64,000 nt of DNA, taken from positions 10,852-74,851 of the forward strand of contig JAKZTE010000010.1 of the NCBI GenBank assembly GCA_047517285.1, written 5' to 3'. The notes under the pieces are model-generated. The model had not been told where the DNA came from. It saw only the letters and a program-made list of their open reading frames with translations, and did not search any database. Shown piece after piece: positions 9,163-16,023 of this stretch. Position numbers and translations under genes: made by a program. This DNA comes from Nitrososphaerales archaeon. GTDB lineage: Archaea; Thermoproteota; Nitrososphaeria; Nitrososphaerales; UBA57. Each line of letters starts with the position of its first letter. The first letter of the stretch is position 1.

Positions 9163-9178
9163 TGAGGACAAGATATAC

Positions 9179-9190
9179 TATATAAATAAA
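9179..9190 (-). promoter_or_regulatory. Candidate TATA box for the wHTH/ATP-cone gene (leaderless or near-leaderless transcript)
   Basis: The minus strand reads TTTATTTATATA, ending 17 nt upstream of ATG 9162. The spacing fits archaeal TATA-to-TSS geometry. Confidence 0.3.
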
Positions 9191-9273
9191 ATATGCATTT
9201 AAAGCTTAAGTTATTTTGACCTAATTCTATCAAATCTAGATATGCTTTTTTATTTTGACAATTATACGTTATT

Positions 9274-9349
9274 GGGGCGGTTGTCTAGTCTGGTCTAAGA
9301 TGTTTGCTTTGGGAGCAAGTGATCGGGAGTTCAAATCTCCCTCGCCCCA
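9274..9349 (+). tRNA. tRNA-Pro (UGG), no intron
   Basis: Cloverleaf read by eye: acceptor GGGGCGG/TCGCCCC (one G-U pair), anticodon stem TTTGC/GCAAG with loop TTTGGGA (anticodon TGG), T arm GGGAG-TTCAAAT-CTCCC, discriminator A. CCA is not encoded. Confidence 0.9.
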
Positions 9350-9360
9350 TACAATTCTCC

Positions 9361-10782
9361 TTATTTTATAATTAATCTTATAGGAATCGATTGTGTTATT
9401 TCTTGACTCTCTACACTTATCATTATTGTATATATTCCAACATCTAGATTCTCTGCTTTTATCAAAATTGGTATTTCCTGTATTGTATCGAATTCACTAT
9501 CTATCTGTTCAAATGTTATAGAAACATTTTCTAGCAATCCATTTATTGTAAACGTTCCAGAACTTCTCATATCTACCATTATCATATCCTTCGGTTCAAT
9601 TATCAATGTGATTTCTTTTAGTCCATTTCTATTCATGTGAATTTCCCTTGTAGATGCTTCGATAGTAAATTCGAGAGTCTTTTGCGCATCTAGTACTGCA
9701 ATCTTATTTTCTGTCCACTCAGTAAACCAGATATTTCCTTGATTATCTATGTCAAATTGAAGTGGATTAGATATTCCTCCCCAGTCAAAATTTTTTGTAG
9801 GTATCTCGTATTCAATCAATATCTGATTGGCCATATCAAATTTTGCTATAGTATTTGACTGGTGAATGTTCATCCAAATATTTCCATCTTTATCAAATTT
9901 GTTCCAATAAGGTAGCGTTGTTGTAAAGTCTGATTTACTTGCAGACGTGACAAATTTTGTATACGTGTTATTTTCAAGATTAAATAAAACAAATTGACTA
10001 GACCCATGATCATTTATCCATATTTTATTATCCTTTATTGCTATACCTACTGGGGATGTTATACCTTCAGGTAATTTATAGGAAGTAAATTCTCCATCCT
10101 TATAATTCCCTAGATGCCCTTCAATTGGCCATGTAAGCATTGTAAACCAAATCCTTCCTTCATTATCTGTTGCAATACCTCCTAAAACCTCTAAATCTAT
10201 TTCTGGCGTAATTTCACTTATTCCATTACTTGTATTCGAAGATAATTTATTCTTATCTAATATTGCAATCTTCTTTCCAAATATTTCTGAAACTATTATA
10301 TTATCTTCAGTATTAATTATCTGAACCGGATATGCATTTTCAGTAGGTAAAATATAATGTTCAAATATATTTTCTGATTTTATGTATCTCCATATAAAAT
10401 TATTTTGATGATCGGTGAACCAAATATCGCCATCAATTGCAATCATACTCCACGATTGGATATTTGAATAAACATCTGAAATTATAAATTCATTAAATGA
10501 ATCTTCTTCTGGATTGTACGAAGCTATTTTACTGTGATTGTTCTCTATGAACCATACTGTCCCCTCACTATCGATTGTTATTGCAACTGGGGCCGAACAT
10601 TTACTCGGTATTACGTATTCTTTGATGTATCTGTTGTTATTTTCATATCTTAAATTACAACTATCTTGAACTTCCTCCTCTGGATCATTATTCGAATTAT
10701 CGATTAATTGTGTTCCTATTATTAATCCGAAAATTATCGGTATTATTAATACCATTGCCAATATTCTTCTTGTTATTACCAA
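9361..10782 (-). CDS. Membrane-anchored or secreted beta-propeller repeat protein (Vgb / streptogramin-lyase-like repeats) with C-terminal Ig-like region
   Basis: 473 aa with an N-terminal hydrophobic anchor. Six to seven repeats of the blade motif xIWFT/I(E/D) are visible (TVWFIEN, DIWFTDH, RIWFTML, KIWINDH, NIWMNIH, NIWFTEW). Confidence 0.55.
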   Translation of the reverse strand: MVITRRILAMVLIIPIIFGLIIGTQLIDNSNNDPEEEVQDSCNLRYENNNRYIKEYVIPSKCSAPVAITIDSEGTVWFIENNHSKIASYNPEEDSFNEFIISDVYSNIQSWSMIAIDGDIWFTDHQNNFIWRYIKSENIFEHYILPTENAYPVQIINTEDNIIVSEIFGKKIAILDKNKLSSNTSNGISEITPEIDLEVLGGIATDNEGRIWFTMLTWPIEGHLGNYKDGEFTSYKLPEGITSPVGIAIKDNKIWINDHGSSQFVLFNLENNTYTKFVTSASKSDFTTTLPYWNKFDKDGNIWMNIHQSNTIAKFDMANQILIEYEIPTKNFDWGGISNPLQFDIDNQGNIWFTEWTENKIAVLDAQKTLEFTIEASTREIHMNRNGLKEITLIIEPKDMIMVDMRSSGTFTINGLLENVSITFEQIDSEFDTIQEIPILIKAENLDVGIYTIMISVESQEITQSIPIRLIIK

Positions 10783-10867
10783 AATCTCTTATTTACACCC
10801 CTCATTTTTATTATATTGTAGAAGCCTTTTAATTTATTATAAGCTACTCAAATCAATAATAAATAAT

Positions 10868-10986
10868 GCCGGGGTTGCCGAGCCAGGTCAAAGGCGCTGG
10901 ACTTAAGATCGCCCTTCTTGGAGGGCCAAGTATATGACATCCCGTCACTTAGGTGTTCGTGGGTTCAAATCCCACCCCCGGCACCA
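10868..10986 (+). tRNA. tRNA-Leu (UAA) with 31-nt intron at the canonical 37/38 position; CCA encoded
   Basis: Acceptor GCCGGGG/CCCCGGC, D arm GCC-GAGCCAGGTCAAA-GGC, anticodon stem CTGGA with loop CTTAAG|A (anticodon TAA). The insertion spans 10908-10938. Long variable arm TCACTTAGGTGTTC, T arm GTGGG-TTCAAAT-CCCAC, discriminator A followed by CCA. One U28-C42 mismatch in the spliced anticodon stem. Confidence 0.8.
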
Positions 10987-11030
10987 TCTTTGTAGAAAGA
11001 CTAATACCTATGCTATTGCGAATATAATTC

Positions 11031-11237
11031 ATGTCAATTGTAATAAATCGTAAATTTGATTCTGATTTAATGTTTCGAGCTATCGGAATAATATTGATTA
11101 TTCTAGGTTTATTGTCTGCTAATTATACTTCTTCTACTCAAACACTTGCCCCTCAAATAGTTCCAATATATTATTTCATCTCCGCAGTGCTCATCTTGTC
11201 AGGATTATTTGGCCTTATTTCTGTCATCCGCGATTAA
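11031..11237 (+). CDS. Hypothetical small membrane protein (2 TM)
   Basis: 68-aa ORF with two hydrophobic helices. No recognisable family. Confidence 0.35.
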   Translation: MSIVINRKFDSDLMFRAIGIILIILGLLSANYTSSTQTLAPQIVPIYYFISAVLILSGLFGLISVIRD

Positions 11238-11271
11238 ACTATAAATCATATTATTCACTGATTAATGCTAA

Positions 11272-12353
11272 ATGATTCGAACAGTAATTCTTGGAGTGGG
11301 CAATTCAGTAAGTGCATTAGTGCACGGTATTGAATATTATAAGAAAATATAAAATAACAAAGATAAAACTGATGAATATGGACTTTGGCATCCATTAGTT
11401 GGTAATTATAAAATATCTGATATTGATTTAGTCGGATATTATGATATTGAAGAAAATAAAATCGGCCTTGAACTTCACAAAAGCATATTTTCCCCTTCCA
11501 ATAAATTATAAAAATTTGTTGATCTGGACGCATCTTCAATCAATGTTGAACCAGGACTCTTATCTGATCGCGCTATGAACGAAAACCTTCAATCTTCTAT
11601 TAACTTCTCAAATGAATGTGGCTTCGATCCATTTATGTAATCTGAATTCCATGATTCACTGAAAAAGAAAAATCCTGATATTGTAATTAATTTGATTTCA
11701 TCAGGTCTTCATAAAAGATCTGAGAAATATGCAGAAATATCTGCGGATATCGGTTCTAATTTTATTAATGCTACGCCTACTAGTATTGCAACTAACGAAT
11801 CATTCATAACGACTTTCAAAGATAAAAAACTGATTGTTGTAGGAGACGATTTAACGAGTCAATTCGGCGGAACTGCATTTCATAAATGACTAATGAATCT
11901 GATGCACGAACGCGGCATACGAATAAACAAAAGTTATCAATTAGATGCAGGAGGAGGCATTGAGACAAATAATACTGTGGAAGAAGATTTGCGCGTATTG
12001 AAACGTAAAGTTAAGTCTACTACTATTGAATCAGAATTGCCCTATGACGTTAAAACCGTTTCAGGTACTACTGATTATGTTGATTTTATGGGTAATTCTC
12101 GAACTAATTACTTGTGGCTTGAATGTGATTCATTTCTTGGTTCCAAAGTTCGATTCGATATTTATTTGAGAAGTACTGACGGACCTAATGCCGGCGTATT
12201 GCTGTTAGATATAATTCGCGGTATTGATATTCACACGATATGGCTGAATATGGACCCATTGAAGAACTGTCTAATTTTGGGTTTAAATCAACAATTACTA
12301 AGAATGATCTTAGACAATCATATCAGAATTTCTCAAAAAAATATATTCTATAG
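11272..12353 (+). pseudogene. myo-inositol-1-phosphate synthase pseudogene (4 in-frame stops + 1 frameshift)
   Basis: A single reading frame from ATG 11272 spells MIPS landmarks: ILGVGNSVSALVHGIEYYK; LIVVGDDLTSQFGGTAFHK; ERGIRINKSYQLDAGGG; GTTDYV; DGPNAGVLLLDIIRG. It is interrupted by TAA 11350-52, TAA 11509-11, TAA 11638-40 and TGA 11887-89. The conserved C-terminus (EYGPIEELSNFGFKS..) continues in another frame after ~12230 and ends at TAG 12351-53. Confidence 0.75.
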
Positions 12354-12367
12354 TTAATATAATTGAG

Positions 12368-12455
12368 CGCCGTCTACAGGATTTTCATTTGTAATCTTGA
12401 ACCTGCGACCAGTTGATTAACAGTCAACTGCTCTACCACGCTGAGCTAAGACGGC
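12368..12455 (-). tRNA. tRNA-Asn (GUU) with 14-nt non-canonical intron in the T-loop
   Basis: The reverse complement reads GCCGTCT-TA-GCTC-AGCGTGGTA-GAGC-A-GTTGA-CTGTTAA-TCAAC-TGGTC-GCAGG-TTCAA[GATTACAAATGAAA]AT-CCTGT-AGACGGC-G. Removing 12383-12396 restores a 7-nt TTCAAAT T-loop. Confidence 0.8.
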
Positions 12456-12614
12456 TAACGACACTCAAAATACGAACGATGCAATTATTTATATCAATTT
12501 CTTTTATTTTCTTTATACCTCTAATTTATTACTTTAACCTAATTGTCGGTTTTGTCAAAGGATTATTACATTGATTTGTAAATGAATCTTGTTCGTAATA
12601 ATTATTGATTTATT

Positions 12615-12686
12615 ATGTCCTGGAAATTAGTTCACAAGAGAATGCGAAAAAAGAGTAAAACAAAGGCTCTTGATTGGCAACAATAG
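12615..12686 (+). CDS. Candidate 23-aa basic micro-ORF, ribosomal protein eL41-like (tentative)
   Basis: ATG 12615 to TAG 12684-86 encodes MSWKLVHKRMRKKSKTKALDWQQ. The K8-R9-M10-R11 string and overall length and charge resemble eL41 (MRAKWRKKRMRRLKRKRRK..). It lies in the 249-bp gap between two tRNA genes. Confidence 0.3.
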   Translation: MSWKLVHKRMRKKSKTKALDWQQ

Positions 12687-12704
12687 ATTCTTCTTAATTA
12701 TATG

Positions 12705-12806
12705 TGGGCCCGGTGGGCTTCGATCCCACGACAAACCGATGTCTCGATTATTATATGAGTCGGTCACTTTTGGCGAAATTCTTCTACCAAGCTGAGTTAC
12801 GGGCCC
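12705..12806 (-). tRNA. tRNA with CAU anticodon (elongator Met or Ile2) carrying two introns (D-arm 15 nt, anticodon loop 13 nt)
   Basis: The reverse complement reads GGGCCCG-TA-ACTC-AGCTTGGTA-GA[AGAATTTCGCCAAAA]GT-G-ACCGA-CTCATA[TAATAATCGAGAC]A-TCGGT-TTGTC-GTGGG-ATCGAAG-CCCAC-CGGGCCC-A. Removing 12768-12782 and 12741-12753 gives a 74-nt cloverleaf. G1-C72 argues against an initiator tRNA. Confidence 0.75.
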
Positions 12807-12901
12807 TGTTAATTTTATTGCCTAGTCTTGTTTTTAGGTTTATTTGTTATATTTATCTTCTGTTTATTTTCCGCAGTACTTAACTCAAAGTACTGTATAA
12901 T

Positions 12902-13948
12902 GTGATTGATAAAGAATTGTTCAAAGGATGTTATACTGCCCTCATAACTCCATTTACTGATGATTATCAAGTTGATTATGCGGGTCTCTCTAAACTCATT
13001 GAATTCCAAATATCAGAAAATATCTCCGGTATTCTTATTGCTGGAACTACTGGAGAAAGCCCAACATTGTCTTGGTCTGAACATGAAAAAATCATTAAAA
13101 CCGTGTATGACGTTGCAGGAGAAAAAACCGTTATTATTGCCGGGACTGGTAGCAATAATACCTCTGAAAGTCTAAAAGTTACACAATTTGCTTACGATTT
13201 AGGCATAACTAATATTTTACTTATTGACCCATATTATAACGGACCTAGTTCACTTGAGATTCGTAAAGAGTACCTAGAAATTATTGCAAAAAAGTTTCCT
13301 TCTGTTAATATTATTCCCTATGTCATACCCGGACGTACAGGAACTCAATTATTGCCCCAAGATCTTGCAATGGCATATGCCAATTATCCTAATATTAATA
13401 CTGTAAAAGAAGCCACTGGCAATTTTGATAATGCTAAACTAACTAGAAAACTCTGCGGTAAAGATTTTTGCATTCTGTCTGGAGATGACGATAAGACTGT
13501 ATCATTAATTCAGGACGAAGAAATCAAATCTACTGGTGTAGTATCGGTTGCTTCGAATTTAGTTCCTGCGGCAATTACTGAATTGGTTAGCATGACTCTG
13601 AAAAACGATTCTCAATATTCAAATCTTGAAAAATCTATCTCTCCTTTATTCAAATTGGTTGGCGTTCAAACAATTGAATCAACTAATTTTGGCGATGTAG
13701 TTGTTAAATCACGCAATCCTGTTCCAACAAAAACACTAATGCGAATTATTGGTTTACCATCAGGACCTTCACGACAGCCTCTTGGGCTAGTTACTAAACA
13801 AGCATTAAAATTTATACTTGAACAATCTAAATTAGTTTATGAAAATAGTGATTTATTCAAGCCTATTGAAAGCTTTTTCGACGTTAATATTCAGGAAAGA
13901 TTATACTCTGATAAATATATAGATGGATTATATTATGAATCGTACTAA
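12902..13948 (+). CDS. dapA: 4-hydroxy-tetrahydrodipicolinate synthase (long form with C-terminal extension)
   Basis: 348 aa with a GTG start. DapA/NAL-family N-terminus (TALITPF..VDY..L..LIEFQI..GILIAGTTGESPTLS..EH). Followed by dapB. Confidence 0.88.
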   Translation: MIDKELFKGCYTALITPFTDDYQVDYAGLSKLIEFQISENISGILIAGTTGESPTLSWSEHEKIIKTVYDVAGEKTVIIAGTGSNNTSESLKVTQFAYDLGITNILLIDPYYNGPSSLEIRKEYLEIIAKKFPSVNIIPYVIPGRTGTQLLPQDLAMAYANYPNINTVKEATGNFDNAKLTRKLCGKDFCILSGDDDKTVSLIQDEEIKSTGVVSVASNLVPAAITELVSMTLKNDSQYSNLEKSISPLFKLVGVQTIESTNFGDVVVKSRNPVPTKTLMRIIGLPSGPSRQPLGLVTKQALKFILEQSKLVYENSDLFKPIESFFDVNIQERLYSDKYIDGLYYESY

Positions 13949-14729
13949 AATCTGTATTGTTGGAGCTTGTGGAAGACTTGGCAGGTCAATTATACAGGAA
14001 AGTATCGAAAATTTCGAAATTGTTGGAGCAGTCGAAACCGCAAATAGTCCAAATATTGGCAAATCATTAAATAATCTTGGTATTATCGAGTCTGACATTC
14101 AGATAACAAGTTCTGACAATTTATCTTCTGCTATCTCAAAAGCTGATGTTACTATTTCTGCTACTGTTCCTGATTCTGAGCTTGTTAATGCACCTGTCTA
14201 TGTAGAAAACAATAAAAAAATTATTATTGGCACGACTGGTTTTTCTGAAACACAATATTCCGAACTTGTTTCTATTCTTGATCAAAAAGTCCCTTCTATT
14301 ATCACTTCAAATTTCTCTATTGGAATGAACTTCCTATATCGACTATCTGAATTAGTTGGCCTATTACCTGAAGAATTTGAAATAAGTATTAATGAAAAAC
14401 ATCATTCTAAAAAAATCGACTCGCCTAGTGGAACTGCACTTTCACTCGCTAAAATAATCTCTGAATCTAGAGGATATGAAAATCTTATCTTTGACCGTAG
14501 TAAACATGGAAAACGCGAAAAATCCGAACTTGAAGTTACATCCGAACGAATAGGCGGCACTCCTGGAATTCATGAAATTAATATTGCTGGCCAATATGAG
14601 ATCCTTAGACTCGAACATACTGCATTCTCTAGATTGGCATTTGCCAGAGGCGCACTATCTGCAACTCATTGGCTTCATAATATCTCTGAACCGCGAATTT
14701 ATAGTATGCAAGATGTAATATCTCGTTAG
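13935..14729 (+). CDS. dapB: 4-hydroxy-tetrahydrodipicolinate reductase
   Basis: Rossmann N-terminus KICIVGACGRLG and the catalytic motif EKHHSKKIDSPSGTA. The ORF is open from ATG 13923; I prefer ATG 13935. Confidence 0.88.
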   Translation: MNRTKICIVGACGRLGRSIIQESIENFEIVGAVETANSPNIGKSLNNLGIIESDIQITSSDNLSSAISKADVTISATVPDSELVNAPVYVENNKKIIIGTTGFSETQYSELVSILDQKVPSIITSNFSIGMNFLYRLSELVGLLPEEFEISINEKHHSKKIDSPSGTALSLAKIISESRGYENLIFDRSKHGKREKSELEVTSERIGGTPGIHEINIAGQYEILRLEHTAFSRLAFARGALSATHWLHNISEPRIYSMQDVISR

Positions 14730-14739
14730 TGAAATAAAT

Positions 14740-16023
14740 ATGTGGAAAATACAAACTCCTCTAAAAAATATTAATGGAAAACTTTTTTTTGCAAATGTCA
14801 GTACTAGTAAACTCGCCAGTAAATTTGGCACTCCGTTATTCGTTACTGATTCTGAACGAATTATTTCTAATTATAATAATCTTTATTCTGCTTTCTCTTC
14901 ACATTATGATAAATTCAAGATTAATTATGCCGTGAAAGCTAACAATAATCTATCTGTCCTCAAATTATTCAATTCTTTAGGAAGTGGCGCTGATTGTTCT
15001 TGTCCTGAAGAAATATTCCTTGCTAAAAAAATTGGCTTTTCTAGTAAAGATATTATGTATACTGGAAATTATAATTCTGACGATCAACTCTCTTATGCAT
15101 TAAAACAAAAAATCATAATTAATATTGATAGTTCGTCTATTCTTCCTCGACTTCTTAAGATCGGAACTCCAAATTCCATTTCTTTCAGAATCAATCCTGG
15201 AATTGGCAGTGGTTCACATAGTGTCTTAGTTTTTGGTGGAAAAAACACTAAATTCGGCATGAGTAAAAAAGATTCTGTTGCCGCTTACCGTCTTGCAAAA
15301 AAATCAGGAGTGAAAAAATTCGGCATACATATGATGACCGGATCATCAATTCTTGATTCCTCTTATTTCAAAAAAGCGACTAGTAAATTGATTGATATTG
15401 CCGTCGAAATTGTCGAAGAATGTAAAATCTCACTTGATTTCATTAATATTGGTGGTGGATTTGGTATTCCGTACAAGCCTCCGGAAAAACCACTTGATAT
15501 AAAGAAAGTTGGTTCCGATATCGGTAAAATTTTTAATGGCAAGAAATCTTCTAAGATTCTTGACAAACCTTGGCTGTTTGTTGAACCTGGCAGATATCTT
15601 GTCGCGGATTCTACTATTTTATTAACTAATGTTCATTCAATCAAAAAAGGCCCAGTAAAATACGTTGGTACAGATGCAGGAATGAATACATTACTTCGCC
15701 CTGCATTATATGACGCTTATCACCATGTTGTTAATGCTAGTAGACTAAATTCTCGAAGTAATGAATCTGTACACATCTGCGGACAAATCTGTGAAAATAC
15801 TGACATTCTTGCCAAGAATCGAAAGCTTGGTAGTATAAAAGAAGGTGATTTATTGGCAATTCTTAACGCTGGAGCATATGGATTCTCGATGAGTTCACAA
15901 TATAATACTCGACCACGAGCTGCGGAGGTAATGATTAATAAAAAAAATTCTAAAATAATTCGACAACGCGAAACTATAAATGATTTAATAAAGGGACAAA
16001 AAGTTGTTACGTGGTTTAAATGA
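14740..16023 (+). CDS. lysA: Diaminopimelate decarboxylase
   Basis: 427 aa in the PLP-dependent Orn/DAP/Arg decarboxylase family (FGTPLFV.., YAVKANNN, GGGFGIPY, EPGRYLVA). Sits in the DAP-pathway cluster. Confidence 0.9.
   Translation: MWKIQTPLKNINGKLFFANVSTSKLASKFGTPLFVTDSERIISNYNNLYSAFSSHYDKFKINYAVKANNNLSVLKLFNSLGSGADCSCPEEIFLAKKIGFSSKDIMYTGNYNSDDQLSYALKQKIIINIDSSSILPRLLKIGTPNSISFRINPGIGSGSHSVLVFGGKNTKFGMSKKDSVAAYRLAKKSGVKKFGIHMMTGSSILDSSYFKKATSKLIDIAVEIVEECKISLDFINIGGGFGIPYKPPEKPLDIKKVGSDIGKIFNGKKSSKILDKPWLFVEPGRYLVADSTILLTNVHSIKKGPVKYVGTDAGMNTLLRPALYDAYHHVVNASRLNSRSNESVHICGQICENTDILAKNRKLGSIKEGDLLAILNAGAYGFSMSSQYNTRPRAAEVMINKKNSKIIRQRETINDLIKGQKVVTWFK

Noticed and set aside
7081-9171. 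Annotating the 696-aa protein as a functional anaerobic (class III) ribonucleotide reductase
   Set aside because: The glycyl-radical C-terminal motif is absent, since the ORF ends right after the zinc ribbon. The two catalytic cysteine positions appear substituted. No NrdG activase lies nearby. An N-terminal wHTH is not part of catalytic NrdD.
11255-11539. 94-aa minus-strand ORF in the MIPS pseudogene region
   Set aside because: The plus strand shows clear, though disrupted, MIPS homology throughout. The minus-strand ORF has no recognisable features.
11887-11889. The in-frame TGA in the MIPS reading frame read as selenocysteine or programmed recoding
   Set aside because: The same frame also contains three TAA stops and a frameshift, conserved motifs are degraded, and no SECIS-like hairpin is evident. 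A pseudogene is the simpler explanation.
12815-13009. 64-aa minus-strand ORF overlapping the dapA start
   Set aside because: It overlaps the well-supported dapA N-terminus, abuts a tRNA gene, and has no motifs.
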